Shown one piece after another: positions 39,535-50,570 of a stretch of DNA of 51,292 nt; within the stretch, counting starts at the first letter, position 1, and every line of letters starts with the position of its first letter. The notes beneath the pieces are model-generated. The model had not been told where the DNA came from. It searched no databases and worked only from the letters and a program-made list of their open reading frames with translations. Both the position numbers and the translations under genes were made by a program. Source of the stretch: an uncultured bacterium (GTDB taxonomy: Bacteria; SAR324; NAC60-12); assembly GCA_965662845.1 (NCBI GenBank), contig CBFIJD010000002.1, positions 1 to 51,292 on the forward strand, given 5' to 3'.

Positions 39535-40964
39535 ACGTGGCTCTCTTCATAGGTTGGGGTGGGATACGAGCCGTCAAAACAGGCCAGGCAGTGTCCACGG
39601 TTCGGCGCGGAGTCCTCGCGGCCAATCGCCTCGATCATGCCTTGCGTGGAGATGAAGCGCAGCGAATCGGCGTGGATGCTCTCACAGATTTCTTCCACGG
39701 AGTGCTGGGCGGCGATCAGCTCAGAGCGCGTCGGGGTGTCGATGCCATAGAGGCAGGAGTAGCGGATTGGCGGAGCGCTGATGCGCATGTGGATCTCTTT
39801 CGCTCCCGCTTCGCGCAGCATCTTCACGATCCGACCGCTGGTGTTGCCTCGCACAATCGAGTCGTCAATCAGCACGATGCGCTTGCCTGCAATCACTTGC
39901 CGCACGACGCTCAGCTTCATCTTCACGCCTTGCTTGCGCAGCATCTGGTTCGGCTGAATGAACGTGCGCCCAACGTAGCGGTTTTTGATCATTCCAACTT
40001 CGTAAGGCAGCCCTGCCGCCTCGGCGTAGCCAATCGCGGTGGAGAGACCGGAGTCGGGGACCCCCACGACAATGTCGGCCTCTGCCGGAGATTCCTCAAA
40101 CAGCTTCGCGCCCAACTTCTTACGAGCGAGGTGCACGCTGATGCCAGAGAGGTCGCTGTCAGGGCGCGCAAAATAAATGTATTCGAAGGAGCACAGCGTG
40201 CGTGGAGACTCCGCGGCAAAGCGCATGGAGCGGGGCCCGTTTTGGTCAATGATGAGCAGCTCGCCCGGCGTAAATTCCCTCACAAACTCAGCGTCGACCA
40301 CATTCAGCGCGCAGGTCTCAGAAGCGACGACCCAGCTGTCGTTGCCGATTTTCCCTAGACACAGCGGGCGGAAGCCTCGTGGATCTTGCGCTGCGATCAA
40401 CTTATCGGGCGTGAGCATCACGAGCGCAAAGGCGCCTTCAATCGCGAGCAACGCCGTTTGGACGGCTTTCTCAATCGCCAGCCCGGACTGCGCCATCAAA
40501 TGCGAGATCACCTCGGTGTCGCTGTCTGTCTGGAAGATCGAGCCTTTGCGTTCCAGATCGTCGCGGAGCTGGCGAGCGTTCACCAAGTTGCCGTTGTGCC
40601 CTAGCGCGACCTGTCCGCCCGTGTAGCGAAACCGCAGCGGTTGGGCGTTTGTGATCACGCTCCCTCCGGCTGTGGTGTAGCGCACATGCCCAATCGCGTG
40701 CGGCCCGCGCAGCGTCTCCAAGGCCTGCTTCGAGAGCGCCTCGGTCACCAAGCCCATGCCGCGTTGCGCTGCGATTTCTTTTCCATCTGAAACACAAATA
40801 CCTGCGCTCTCCTGCCCTCGATGTTGCAGGGCGTGGATGCCGTAATACGTCAGCTCGGCAGCGTTCGGGTGGTTGAAAATGCCAAAGACGCCGCACTCCT
40901 CGCGGAGCTGATCGTCAGGCAAGTTGTCAGCCTCAAAGAGAGGCGGAACCGAGTGCGGTTGCAT
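39531..40964 (-). CDS. purF: Amidophosphoribosyltransferase (propeptide, Fe-S type)
   Basis: [44 protein letters not shown]. Confidence 0.97.
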   Translation of the reverse strand: MQPHSVPPLFEADNLPDDQLREECGVFGIFNHPNAAELTYYGIHALQHRGQESAGICVSDGKEIAAQRGMGLVTEALSKQALETLRGPHAIGHVRYTTAGGSVITNAQPLRFRYTGGQVALGHNGNLVNARQLRDDLERKGSIFQTDSDTEVISHLMAQSGLAIEKAVQTALLAIEGAFALVMLTPDKLIAAQDPRGFRPLCLGKIGNDSWVVASETCALNVVDAEFVREFTPGELLIIDQNGPRSMRFAAESPRTLCSFEYIYFARPDSDLSGISVHLARKKLGAKLFEESPAEADIVVGVPDSGLSTAIGYAEAAGLPYEVGMIKNRYVGRTFIQPNQMLRKQGVKMKLSVVRQVIAGKRIVLIDDSIVRGNTSGRIVKMLREAGAKEIHMRISAPPIRYSCLYGIDTPTRSELIAAQHSVEEICESIHADSLRFISTQGMIEAIGREDSAPNRGHCLACFDGSYPTPTYEESHV

Positions 40965-40997
40965 GGACGGTTGTGGCTGGGGTTGGTGGAAGGGGCG

Positions 40998-43232
40998 TTA
41001 GGGGGTGGACTCGAAGTAGCGTCGGAAGCCGCTGCGCCAAGCGTCGCGGAGTTCTCGAATCGGGAACTGAATCAGCGCGTTTTCGTTGACCGTGACGTGC
41101 AGCGTTTCTTTCACGACCGACCCGATGTGCGCCGTCGGCAAGGACTGAGTAGCCAAGAATGCGCGGACTTCGGGTTGCTTGTCGGCGGGAACACTCAACA
41201 AGATGCGCGATTGCGACTCGCTAAACAGCAGCGCGTCGGCGCGCAGATCAGACGAAAACTGCACATTTGCGGTCAATTCGTCAGAAGAAGCCCGCACCAG
41301 CGCGACCCCCAGCCCCCCAAGAGAGAGGTCGTGTGCCGAGCGCACGAGCCCGCGTTGGATGAGCGCTAGGGTGGCGCTCTGCACGGCTTGCTCGCGGGCG
41401 AAGTCGAGCGCAGGTGGCGGGCCGTCAATGCGGTTCAGATGTTGTTCTTGCCAGCAGCTTCCGCCCACTTCGCTGAAGGTCTCGCCCAGCAGCCAGAGCT
41501 GATCACCTGCGTGCTGAAAGTGTTGTGTGGTGATGTGCGCTGGATCGTCAATCAGCCCCACCATCCCGATGATCGGTGTGGGATAGATCGCGCCGCCGCT
41601 GCGCTCATTGTATAAGCTGACGTTCCCGCCAGTGACCGGCAGCGAGAGCGCCTTGCAAGCGTCCGCCATGCCGCGCACCGACTCCTGCATTTGCCAGAAG
41701 ATCTCTGGCTTCTCTGGGGAACCGTAGTTCAAGCCGTCGGTCAAGGCGAGAGGTTTCGCCCCAGAGCAGACGACGTTTCTGGCAGCCTCGGCGACCGCAA
41801 TCTTCCCGCCAACATAGGGGTCGAGATAGACGTAGCGCGCGTTGCCGTCGATGCTGATCGCGAGGGCTTTGTTGCACTCTTCCAGCAGAATCACGGCAGC
41901 GTCGGAGCCTGGACGAACCGCTGTGCGCGTGCCGACCATCGAGTCATATTGTCGATACACCCATGACTTGTCAGCGATGTTCGGATGTTGCAGCAGCTCC
42001 TTTAGCGCAGCGTGGTAGTCGCTGGGTTCGTCCCACGTGATCGCGTCGGCGGGTCGGTTTTCGCTCCAGCTCGCGGGCGCTTTGGCTTCGCGCATGTATT
42101 CGGGGGTCAGCTCGCAGCAGGCTTGCAGCGACACTTCCCCAACTGGCTCGCCACGTTGGAACAGGCGCAGCGAGTCGCTCTCGACGACCGTCCCGACGAT
42201 GGCGTTCGCCAACTCCCACTTGTCGCAAATTGCTTGGACTTCTGCTTCGCGTCCTCTCTCCAGCACAAACAACATCCGCTCTTGCGACTCTGAGAGCATG
42301 ATCTCGTAAGCGGTCATGTGCTCGGCGCGTTGTGGCACGAGGTCTAGGTTCATGTCCACTCCGGTTCCGCCCTTGAAGCCCATCTCGGTGCCCGAGCAGG
42401 TCAGGCCTGCTGCGCCCATGTCTTGCACCGCGACGACGGCGCCGGTGGCGTAAATCTCTAAGCAGGCTTCGAGCAGTCGCTTGCCCGTGAACGGATCGCC
42501 GACTTGCACCGCCGGGCGCTTGTGCTGCGTCTCGTCCGTGATCTCTTCAGAAGCGAAGGTGGCGCCGTGGATGCCATCTCGTCCTGTCGCGCCGCCGAGA
42601 TACAAGACGGGGTTGCCGATGCCAGAGGCTTTGCCGTGCTGGATTTGTTCGTGGCGCAACAAGCCGACGCACATCGCGTTGACGAGTGGATTTTCGTCGT
42701 AGCAAGACTCGAGGCAGACTTCGCCACCGACGGTCGGGACACCGATGCAGTTCCCGTAGTCCGCGATGCCCGCGACGGCGTGGGACAACAAGAAGCGGCT
42801 GCGCTCCTTCTCTAATGTGCCGAAGCGCAGCGAGTTGAGCAGCGCAATCGGGCGAGCGCCCATCGAGAAGATGTCTCGCAAGATGCCGCCGACGCCTGTC
42901 GCTGCGCCTTGGTAGGGCTCCACTGCGGTAGGGTGGTTGTGGCTCTCGACCTTAAAGCAGACCGCCCAGCCGTCGCCGATGTCCACAATGCCGGCGCCTT
43001 CACCAGGGCCTTGCAGCACCTGCGGCCCGTCTGTCGGGAACATCTTCAGCAGCGGCTTAGAGTTTTTGTAGCTACAGTGCTCTGACCACATCACCGCGAA
43101 GATGCCAGTTTCGGTGTAGTTCGGCTGGCGTCCGAGCAGCTCAACGATGCGCTGATATTCTTCGGGCAGGAGGCCCATCTGGCGATAGAGTTGTTGCGCG
43201 GCGATTTGAGCGGGGGTTGGTTCGTGCGACAT
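40998..43232 (-). CDS. purL: FGAM synthase subunit PurL (small form)
   Basis: [39 protein letters not shown]. Confidence 0.97.
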   Translation of the reverse strand: MSHEPTPAQIAAQQLYRQMGLLPEEYQRIVELLGRQPNYTETGIFAVMWSEHCSYKNSKPLLKMFPTDGPQVLQGPGEGAGIVDIGDGWAVCFKVESHNHPTAVEPYQGAATGVGGILRDIFSMGARPIALLNSLRFGTLEKERSRFLLSHAVAGIADYGNCIGVPTVGGEVCLESCYDENPLVNAMCVGLLRHEQIQHGKASGIGNPVLYLGGATGRDGIHGATFASEEITDETQHKRPAVQVGDPFTGKRLLEACLEIYATGAVVAVQDMGAAGLTCSGTEMGFKGGTGVDMNLDLVPQRAEHMTAYEIMLSESQERMLFVLERGREAEVQAICDKWELANAIVGTVVESDSLRLFQRGEPVGEVSLQACCELTPEYMREAKAPASWSENRPADAITWDEPSDYHAALKELLQHPNIADKSWVYRQYDSMVGTRTAVRPGSDAAVILLEECNKALAISIDGNARYVYLDPYVGGKIAVAEAARNVVCSGAKPLALTDGLNYGSPEKPEIFWQMQESVRGMADACKALSLPVTGGNVSLYNERSGGAIYPTPIIGMVGLIDDPAHITTQHFQHAGDQLWLLGETFSEVGGSCWQEQHLNRIDGPPPALDFAREQAVQSATLALIQRGLVRSAHDLSLGGLGVALVRASSDELTANVQFSSDLRADALLFSESQSRILLSVPADKQPEVRAFLATQSLPTAHIGSVVKETLHVTVNENALIQFPIRELRDAWRSGFRRYFESTP

Positions 43233-43235
43233 AGC

Positions 43236-43907
43236 TCAGTTTTGCAAGTGGCGGAGCATGGATTGAAAGAGGCGGGTGCCGTCGGCGCTGCCCATCCAAG
43301 CGCTCATCGCGCGCTCAGGGTGAGGCATCATGCCGAGGACGTTTTTTTGGCGGTTGAGAATCCCTGTGATGCCGGCGACGGAGCCGTTTGGGTTGAAACC
43401 TTCCGGATAGCGAAACGCGATCTGACCATGCGCTTCCAAGTCGGCGAGGGTGGCTTCGTCACAAAAGTAGTTTCCGCTGCCGTGCGCGATAGGGAGGTGC
43501 AGCGTCTCGCCTGCCGCGTATGCTTGCGTAAAGGGAGAGTCGGCTTGTGTGACTTGCGTCGGCACGAGGTCACAGATGAACGTGAGCTGACGGTTCGGGA
43601 GCAACGTGCCGGGCAGCAGCTTTGTCTCTAGCAGAATCTGGAAGCCATTGCAGATGCCTAGCACGAGCTTGCCTGCGTCGGCTGCGCGCAGCACAGACTG
43701 GATCACGGGCGAAACCGCCGCCAGAGCCCCAGGACGCAGGTAGTCGCCATACGTAAAACCACCGGGGAGCAAGATCGCGTCAAAGCGGCGGAGGTCGGTC
43801 TCGGTGTGCCAGACATATTCTGCAGAGGCGCCTTCGAGTCGGTCGGCAGCCTTGAAGAGATCGACGTCGCAGTTGGAGCCAGGGAAGACGATCACCGCGC
43901 AGCGCAT
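43236..43907 (-). CDS. purQ: FGAM synthase glutaminase subunit
   Basis: FPGSNCD, PGGFTYGDYLR, GICNGFQ, GMMPHPER. Confidence 0.97.
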   Translation of the reverse strand: MRCAVIVFPGSNCDVDLFKAADRLEGASAEYVWHTETDLRRFDAILLPGGFTYGDYLRPGALAAVSPVIQSVLRAADAGKLVLGICNGFQILLETKLLPGTLLPNRQLTFICDLVPTQVTQADSPFTQAYAAGETLHLPIAHGSGNYFCDEATLADLEAHGQIAFRYPEGFNPNGSVAGITGILNRQKNVLGMMPHPERAMSAWMGSADGTRLFQSMLRHLQN

Positions 43908-44155
43908 CAAGCCTCCAGGATTTCAAAGCGGTAGTCTTCAATCACCGGATTTGCCAGCAGTTTGTCGCACATCGTCTTGAGCTGCGCTTCTGCCGACGCG
44001 CGGTCCATGGTGGGCAGGCTGACTTCGAGGTGCTTGCCGATGCGCACACTCTCCACGTTGTCGAAGCCCAAGTTGTGCAACGAGGCGCAGACGGCTTGAC
44101 CTTGGACGTCGAGCACAGCGGGTTGCAGGGTCACAGTGATGATTCCTTTAAGCAT
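43907..44155 (-). CDS. purS: FGAM synthase subunit PurS
   Basis: [32 protein letters not shown] before ATG 44155. Confidence 0.95.
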   Translation of the reverse strand: MLKGIITVTLQPAVLDVQGQAVCASLHNLGFDNVESVRIGKHLEVSLPTMDRASAEAQLKTMCDKLLANPVIEDYRFEILEA

Positions 44156-44867
44156 GCGCTTCTCCATTCAGTCGGTTCCACACTTCTTGGTAGGCTTCGA
44201 TCAGTCCGCCGAGGTCACGACGGAAGCGATCTTTGTCGAGTTTTTCTTGGGTATGAGCGTCCCACAGGCGGCAGGTGTCGGGCGAGATTTCGTCGGCGAG
44301 GATGAGGTTGCCCTCGGCGTCGCGTCCAAATTCGAGCTTGAAGTCCACGAGCGTCAAGCTGGCGTTTTGGAAGAGCTCGCGGAGCACGTCGTTGACGTTC
44401 AGGGCTTGGGCGCGGAGCGTGTCGCGGTCGGCGACAGAGGCGATGCCCAAGAGGTCGATGTGCTCTTCGGTGAGCAGCGGGTCGCCGAGCGCGTCATCTT
44501 TGTAATAGAACTCCACAATCGGGCGCGGCAGCTTCCGCCCTTCTTCCCAGCCAATGCGCTTGGCGAGCGAGCCTGCGGCCAGATTGCGCACGACGACCTC
44601 CAGCGGGATGATCTCCACTCGCTTCACCAGCTGCTCTGTCTCCGAGAGCACCTGCACAAAGTGATTCGGCACGTTCGCTTTGTGAAGCTGGTTGAAGATG
44701 ACGGACGTGATGCGGTTGTTGAGCGGGCCCTTGCCTAGGATCGTCTCGAATTTCTCGCCGTTGAAGGCGGTCGCGTCGTCCTTGTAGCGGACCCAAATGA
44801 AGGCGGGATTTTCGGTGCGGAAGAGTTGTTTGGCTTTGCCCTCGTAAATCAGTTCCAGCGGCGTCAA
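44148..44867 (-). CDS. purC: SAICAR synthase
   Basis: [55 protein letters not shown] start with GGAG. Confidence 0.97.
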   Translation of the reverse strand: MTPLELIYEGKAKQLFRTENPAFIWVRYKDDATAFNGEKFETILGKGPLNNRITSVIFNQLHKANVPNHFVQVLSETEQLVKRVEIIPLEVVVRNLAAGSLAKRIGWEEGRKLPRPIVEFYYKDDALGDPLLTEEHIDLLGIASVADRDTLRAQALNVNDVLRELFQNASLTLVDFKLEFGRDAEGNLILADEISPDTCRLWDAHTQEKLDKDRFRRDLGGLIEAYQEVWNRLNGEAHA

Positions 44868-44917
44868 GAGGCGCTCCGATAGGGAAGAGAGTGGGGTCAG
44901 GGATGCAAAAGTGGTCG

Positions 44918-44946
44918 AAGGTATGGAGTCCCTTTTGAAAAGTCAA
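44918..44946 (-). promoter_or_regulatory. Putative sigma70 promoter of the pur operon
   Basis: Minus strand TTGACT-N17-TACCTT, about 50 bp upstream of purC. Confidence 0.45.
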
Positions 44947-45227
44947 AATGTTCTTTGTGCCGCAAAAACCGGAAGTCTCGGCAAGCGTCGCGCCTTCACG
45001 CAACCCGCGATGGGACGCTCTTTGGGCCAACCCCGCATGGTGAAATGGGCGCGCCAGAGAAACTTGCTTTTTGCGAGCAGCGACCTACCTTCCAGACCTG
45101 CGCGCTGCACGTGGCATCGGCTGTGCGCTGGTGGAAGACACCCAACCAAAGGAAAGGGTGGCCACGGACTTCCGTCAACAGGAACGATCTCCCTCAAGGC
45201 TGACTCCATCTCTCAAGAGTGATCTCT

Positions 45228-48200
45228 ATGCGTTTGTGTTTACTGGGCATTGTGTGGATGTGGGCGCTGATCTCGACGGTGACTGCGCAGCCTGCTCAGG
45301 AGCTGCCCCTACAGCCAGTCACCCTGCAGTTGAACTGGAAGTATCAGTTTGAGTACGCCGGCTTCATCGCGGCGAGAGAGAGAGGTTTTTATGCCGAGGA
45401 AGGGCTCAATGTGACGCTGCGCGAGTACGAGGTGGGAGAGAGCATCGTGGACGACGTTCTCGCCGGCCGTGCGGAGTATGGCATCTGGACCTCCAGCTTG
45501 ATTTTAGAGCGAATGCGCGGTCGGCCAGTCGTGATGCTGGCGAACTATTACAAGAACTCGCCGCTCGTCTTGATTAGCCAGCCTGAGATTCGGAATCCCT
45601 CGCAGCTGTTGGGCAAGCGCGTCATGGCCACTCTGGATGATTCTTCTGCCGAGATCCTCTTGATGTTGGGGCGGCATGGTCTCACGCAGTCTGATGTGGA
45701 GTGGGTGCCCACGACATTTGACCTACAGCCGCTGCTCAACAGAGAGGTCGAAGCGTTCACGGCTTATCTCAGCAATCAGCCCTTTTTATTGAACCAGCTG
45801 GGGGCGGCATACAGCATCCTTGACCCGGTCAATTACGGCATCGACTTTTATGGAGACTCGCTCTTCACGTCTGAAGAGCAAGCGCAGCGGCATCCTGAGC
45901 GCGTCGCAGCGATGGTGCGCGCCAGCACACGGGGTTGGGAGTATGCGCTCGAGCATCCAGCAGAAGTGATTGACCTCATTCTGGAGCGCTACAACACACA
46001 GAACAAAAGCCGCGAGGCGTTAGCGTTTGAAGAGAAGCGCACCCGCGAGATGATGCTGCCCGAAGTGCTGCCTCTAGGGAGCATTGACAAGAGCAGAGTG
46101 GAGCGCATCGCCGAAGAATACCGTCAGCTCGGGCTGAGCGCATTGCCTGCTAGCTTGGAGGGCTTCATTTGGGAGAGTGCGCGCGCCGAGGCGAACCCCA
46201 AACGTGTGGAGCTGACACCGGAGGAGCAAGCTTTTGTACGGGCCAATCCGGTGGTGTCCGTGGCGTTGTTGGATGACTATGCGCCGTTTACCTATCGCGA
46301 GAATGGACAAGTCATTGGCCTAGAGCATGATCTCTTGCGGACGCTGTCGGAGTTCACGGGGTTGCGCTTCGACAAGAGCGTTGGGGCCTGGAGTCAAAAC
46401 CTCGCGCAGTTTCAAAACGGGGAAGTCGACCTGATCACGAGCATTAGCTATCGTCCAGAGCGAGAGGCCTTCACGCGCTTCACAGATCCATATTATGAGG
46501 TGCCCAATGTGGTGTATGTGCGGGATGACTTTGGCGAGTATGTCGGACTAGAGAGCCTGAATGGTCGCAAAATCGGCATTGTCGAGGGGGTCTACTATGA
46601 AGAGGAGCTCCGCGCCGCGCTGGACGCTGAGATCATTGAAATCAGGGAATATTCTGACCTCGCGAAAGCGCTCGTGTTTGGCAACATTGACGCGGTGATT
46701 GGGGATGTGCCCTCGATCAGTCACCAGATTCGCAAGAGCCTCTTTGACAACGTGCGGGTCGTTGGCGAGGTGTCTTTGCCGAACATGAACGTGATGGATT
46801 TGCGCTTGGGCGTGCGGAGCGATCAGCCACAGCTGCACAGCATCCTGCAAAAAGGGCTCGCCTCCATCACGCCCCAAGAGCGCTTGCAGTTGGTGAATCT
46901 CTGGCTTGGTGTCGGAGGCGTGTCGGAGGCGTCGAGGCAGAGAGTCTCGCTGACTCAAGCCGAAGCGGCCTATCTGCAACGAAAAGAGCGCATTTCCATG
47001 TGCGCGCTGCCCGACTACAAGCCCTTTGAGTACATTGACGAGTCTGCCAAGCACGCGGGCATTGTGGCGGAGATGATGAAATTGATCTCTCAGCGGGTGG
47101 GCGTCCCCTTTGAGTTGGTGCCCACCCAAACATGGCAGGAGTCGTTGAGGGGCATACAACAGCGGAGCTGTGACCTGTTGCCCCTCGCAATCCATGTGGA
47201 AGCGCACCGCGCCTGGATGGACTTTACCCAGCCCTATGTCGTGGAGCCGTTTGTCGTCGCGACGCGGCTAGATGAACTCTTCATCAAAGACATCCAGCAG
47301 CTCGGACAACGCCCGGTCGGTGTGATCAAAGATGCTTCCTACATTGACCTGCTACGCGAGGAGCACCCAAGCATTCAAGTTGTCGAAGTCCAGAGCGCGC
47401 AGGATGGTCTGGAGCGAGTGCGAGGTGGCGAACTCTTTGGCTACATTGACGCGATGCCGTCTCTTGCTTACTCCCTGCAAGAACACGAGATTGTAGACCT
47501 GAAGATTGCTGGCCAGCTGGGGTTGGGGTTTGGCCTGAGCGCCGCGACGCGTAACGACGAGCCGCTGCTGGGGGCTATCATGCAAAAGGCGTTGGACTCG
47601 ATCAGCGAAGCCGAGCGCAAAAAGATTTTGAACAGCTGGGTCGAAGTCCGTGTGACGGAAGAGATCGACTACACCTTGCTGTGGCAGCTGGGCGGTGGGT
47701 TTAGCGTCCTGCTCTTTGGTGGCTTTCTGTGGAACCGCAAGCTAACGCGTCTCAACCGCACCATCACCCAGAAAAACCAAGACTTAGAAGAAGCGCACCA
47801 AGCGCTCAAGGTGGCGAACGCCGAGATCCACGCCGCCCACACCACCTTAGCCCGCAAAGATGAGCTGCTGACCAGCTCCATGGAATATGCAAGCTCGATT
47901 CAACGCTCGATGTTGCCGACCGAAGCGCAGCTGCGCGCTTGCTTCGCCGAGCAGTTTGTGCTGTTTCAGCCCTGTGAGTTAGTCGGCGGCGACACGTACT
48001 TCATGCGCAGCACCCCAGAGGGGTGTTTCTTTGCGGTGATCGATTGCACGGGGCACGGAGTCCCCGGCGCCTTGATGACGATGGTCGCGCACGACGCCTT
48101 GGAGCAGGTGATCTCGAGTGGCCTCAACGACCTCGCTGAGATTTTGCAGCAGGTGGACGCCTTGGTGTTTCAGCGCGTGAACCAAAATCGCCCCAAGAGC

Positions 48201-48626
48201 GTGATTCATGATGGGATGGAGCTGGCCTTGCTGCGGGTGAGCCCAGCTCGGCAAGAGCTGGAGTTCTGTGGGGCTGGCTTGTCAATGCTCGTGTGTGACA
48301 GCGTGGACGTCTCAACTGTGCGAGGGCGCTTTCAAGGCCTCGGAGACCGAGAGCAGAGCCAGCCGTTCACGGCGGTGCGCGTGCCTTATGCAACCGAGAA
48401 GACGTACGTCCTCTTCACCGACGGTTATGTAGACCAACTCGGTGGGCCACGGCGCAAGACCTATGGCAAGCGGCGCTTCCGAGAGCTGTTTCAAGCCCAG
48501 CGCTCCATGCCGCAACAGCAGCGTTGGCTGGTGCACCAGTTCCACAAATGGCGCGGAGACCACGCGCAGATTGATGATGTGACGGTGATTGGGTTCCGCT
48601 TGAAAGGCCCCCCCCGTGCACGCTGA
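45228..48626 (+). CDS. Membrane PP2C (SpoIIE-type, SiaA-like) phosphatase with three periplasmic solute-binding domains
   Basis: NMT1-like LQLNWKYQFEYAGF..FYGDSLFT; two SBP_bac_3-like domains; TM; coiled coil; VGGD, DCTGHGVPGA, DGMEL, FTDGYVDQLGG, QIDDVTV; alternative start 45219. Confidence 0.85.
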   Translation: MRLCLLGIVWMWALISTVTAQPAQELPLQPVTLQLNWKYQFEYAGFIAARERGFYAEEGLNVTLREYEVGESIVDDVLAGRAEYGIWTSSLILERMRGRPVVMLANYYKNSPLVLISQPEIRNPSQLLGKRVMATLDDSSAEILLMLGRHGLTQSDVEWVPTTFDLQPLLNREVEAFTAYLSNQPFLLNQLGAAYSILDPVNYGIDFYGDSLFTSEEQAQRHPERVAAMVRASTRGWEYALEHPAEVIDLILERYNTQNKSREALAFEEKRTREMMLPEVLPLGSIDKSRVERIAEEYRQLGLSALPASLEGFIWESARAEANPKRVELTPEEQAFVRANPVVSVALLDDYAPFTYRENGQVIGLEHDLLRTLSEFTGLRFDKSVGAWSQNLAQFQNGEVDLITSISYRPEREAFTRFTDPYYEVPNVVYVRDDFGEYVGLESLNGRKIGIVEGVYYEEELRAALDAEIIEIREYSDLAKALVFGNIDAVIGDVPSISHQIRKSLFDNVRVVGEVSLPNMNVMDLRLGVRSDQPQLHSILQKGLASITPQERLQLVNLWLGVGGVSEASRQRVSLTQAEAAYLQRKERISMCALPDYKPFEYIDESAKHAGIVAEMMKLISQRVGVPFELVPTQTWQESLRGIQQRSCDLLPLAIHVEAHRAWMDFTQPYVVEPFVVATRLDELFIKDIQQLGQRPVGVIKDASYIDLLREEHPSIQVVEVQSAQDGLERVRGGELFGYIDAMPSLAYSLQEHEIVDLKIAGQLGLGFGLSAATRNDEPLLGAIMQKALDSISEAERKKILNSWVEVRVTEEIDYTLLWQLGGGFSVLLFGGFLWNRKLTRLNRTITQKNQDLEEAHQALKVANAEIHAAHTTLARKDELLTSSMEYASSIQRSMLPTEAQLRACFAEQFVLFQPCELVGGDTYFMRSTPEGCFFAVIDCTGHGVPGALMTMVAHDALEQVISSGLNDLAEILQQVDALVFQRVNQNRPKSVIHDGMELALLRVSPARQELEFCGAGLSMLVCDSVDVSTVRGRFQGLGDREQSQPFTAVRVPYATEKTYVLFTDGYVDQLGGPRRKTYGKRRFRELFQAQRSMPQQQRWLVHQFHKWRGDHAQIDDVTVIGFRLKGPPRAR

Positions 48627-48655
48627 CTTTTCACCCTAGAGGGAGGGGGGCGGAG

Positions 48656-49222
48656 ATGAACGTGGATGATTTACTGCAGCTCAAAGAGTTCTCCAGTCGG
48701 CAAGGTCTGACTTTGTCTTACAGCGGCTTCTTTACGCAAGGCATGCTGGTGGAGATCGGAGAAGCCCTCAGCAAGCAGATGCGCAAAGACGCTCTGACGC
48801 GTAAAACCGCAGACCGCGTGTTTCATATTTTTGTGGAGCAGGTGCAGAACGTGATGCGCTATTCGGCAGAGCAGGTCGCTTTGGAAGACGACTCTGTCAG
48901 CCTGAGCTTTGGAACGATCGCGGTGGGCAAATCCAGCGAGGAGGCTGGCATCTATTACGTTGCGTGCGGCAACTTGATTCACGCACGAGACATCAGCCGC
49001 CTGCGAGACAATCTGGAGCTGTTGGCCTCTATGAACGCTGACGAGCTGAAGCAATACTACCGACAGCAGATGCGCTCCGATCCGGGGGAACACAGCAAAG
49101 GCGCGGGAGTTGGCTTCATCGAGATGGCCCGCAAAGCCTGCCGACCACTAGAGTATGCGTTCGTGCCAATGCGGGCAGAGCACAGCTTCTTTTTCCTCAA
49201 AGCCTACATCGCCGAGGCGTAA
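48656..49222 (+). CDS. siaB: SiaB family protein kinase
   Basis: YSGFFTQ, VFHIFVEQVQNVMRYS, CGNLI, ELKQYYR, SKGAGVGFIEMARKA. Confidence 0.82.
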   Translation: MNVDDLLQLKEFSSRQGLTLSYSGFFTQGMLVEIGEALSKQMRKDALTRKTADRVFHIFVEQVQNVMRYSAEQVALEDDSVSLSFGTIAVGKSSEEAGIYYVACGNLIHARDISRLRDNLELLASMNADELKQYYRQQMRSDPGEHSKGAGVGFIEMARKACRPLEYAFVPMRAEHSFFFLKAYIAEA

Positions 49223-49361
49223 CGCAGAGGCCCTGCACGCCGCCACCACCGCCGCAAGCCGAGAAATGAGACCTCTTCAAATCGTCGCTTGAAGAAGGCG
49301 CTATCCAAGAGAGAGCAGCAAAAAGGGAGCAGAGAGAGAGCGGAGGGAATCGGAGCGGAGA

Positions 49362-49441
49362 GTGTAACGCTGCAAATCACCGGGTGCCAAAAGCTGCTGA
49401 GCGAAGCTCTTGGCAGTCCGTGTTCATGTTCCGTGTTAGGT
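49362..49441 (-). mobile_element. Integron attC site 1
   Basis: Minus strand ACCTAAC-ACGGAACATGAACACGGAC-TGCCAAGAGC...GCTTTTGGCA-CCCGGTGATTTGCAGC-GTTACAC; 80-bp imperfect palindrome immediately after the CA stop codon. Confidence 0.85.
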
Positions 49442-49442
49442 T

Positions 49443-50024
49443 TTATGTTGCTTTGCCGGCCTCGGTCGCTTCTGGGACTTCGACAAGTTTTCCGGACTTA
49501 CAATCATAGATGTATCCGTAGATGGGGATGTCACTTGGAACCATGGCGTTATTCCTAATTCGCTGCACATCCTCCAAGACACTTTCGCCTTGATCACGGA
49601 TTGTTAACCAATTGATGAACTTACCGTCCGTAGTTCCGCCGCCCGCATTGCTGTCATGCCAGCCAGAGGCGTCGACAGTCGCCGTTTTTAGGCTACCTGA
49701 CAATAAGCCACTCATGATTTCATCAGTAAACGTCTCCATTCCGCAGTCAGTATGGTGGATCACAAACCACTCTCTTGTGCCCAACAGCTTGTATGAAATC
49801 ACAAGTGAACGGATGGCATCATCACTGGCTCTACCGCCTGCGTTGCGGATGACATGCGCGTCTCCCTCTGCAAGACCGGCGTATTTTGCAGGATCAAGGC
49901 GAGCGTCCATACACGTCAAAATGGCGAAATGCCGACCCGGAGGCATCGACAGAGAGCCCTTATCACCAAAACTTTCGACATAGTCTGCATTCGCTGACAT
50001 CACTTCTTCTACTATCTTACTCAT
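49443..50024 (-). CDS. Beta-class carbonic anhydrase (clade D-like), integron cassette
   Basis: [39 protein letters not shown] before ATG 50024. Confidence 0.92.
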   Translation of the reverse strand: MSKIVEEVMSANADYVESFGDKGSLSMPPGRHFAILTCMDARLDPAKYAGLAEGDAHVIRNAGGRASDDAIRSLVISYKLLGTREWFVIHHTDCGMETFTDEIMSGLLSGSLKTATVDASGWHDSNAGGGTTDGKFINWLTIRDQGESVLEDVQRIRNNAMVPSDIPIYGYIYDCKSGKLVEVPEATEAGKAT

Positions 50025-50088
50025 ACCCACTCTCCTCTACGTTGCCGCGTTAGGTTTCGTGAGAGGCGTCCACCGCGGCGGTGCAGAA

Positions 50089-50157
50089 ACCTCACGCCAA
50101 GCTCACCGGCAATTTGGGAGCGTAGCGTAGTTTGGTCGAACGAGCGCTTTGTTATGC
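50089..50157 (-). mobile_element. Integron attC site 2 (R' box GTG variant)
   Basis: Minus strand GCATAAC-AAAGCGCTC...CGCTACGCTCC...GCCGGTGAGCTTGGC-GTGAGGT; contains the stop of the upstream ORF; GTGAGGTTT pairs with AAACCTAAC at the other end of the CA cassette. Confidence 0.75.
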
Positions 50158-50457
50158 CTTAACTTCAGCTTGATTGACATCATAAAGACTTCGCCCTGCG
50201 CCCGAATGCGCGGCTTTGCGAACCGCCACGTCTCTGCTCCTCTCTTTGTCAAAGCTACCCTCAATCAAATTCCGGCTCACCGCGAGGGCGCCGTCTCTCT
50301 CAGCTACCTCAGCCAGAGCGAGAGAGGAGCTTTGTGCGCTATGGTTTACAGTTTCGTATTGGCTAGAAAAAACATCTCTTAGCGATTCTTTTTCATTTTC
50401 AAAAAATACTCTCCAATCTGGAGCGCATTCAGCGAAAAATTTTTCTAAAATATCCAA
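50152..50457 (-). CDS. Hypothetical cassette ORF (possibly truncated)
   Basis: 101 aa; TAA stop lies in the attC2 R'' box (GCATAAC); no recognisable motif. Confidence 0.45.
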   Translation of the reverse strand: MDILEKFFAECAPDWRVFFENEKESLRDVFSSQYETVNHSAQSSSLALAEVAERDGALAVSRNLIEGSFDKERSRDVAVRKAAHSGAGRSLYDVNQAEVKA

Positions 50458-50514
50458 TCCTCTTTTATAATGATTCTGAACAGAAAAACTTAAAGAGAAC
50501 GCTGAAAAGTGCTA

Positions 50515-50570
50515 GCATACTTCAGGGATTTTTGGCATTTTCATCTGAGTTGATCTGCTTTGTATGAAAG
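50515..50570 (-). mobile_element. Probable decayed attC site
   Basis: CTTTCATAC at the gene end is the inverse of GTTATGAAAG at the gene start minus one A; GTATGC further on resembles the GTTATGC expected for the next cassette; no good internal stem. Confidence 0.4.

Noticed and set aside
39537..40358. 273-aa plus-strand ORF and similar long antisense ORFs (e.g. 46548-47207, 16996-17568, 13479-14075)
   Set aside because: Shadow frames opposite well-supported GC-rich genes; no motifs
44868..45218. Purine, PRPP or ZTP riboswitch upstream of purC
   Set aside because: No recognisable aptamer motifs or terminator; the putative promoter leaves only about 45 nt of leader. An Rfam scan would be decisive.
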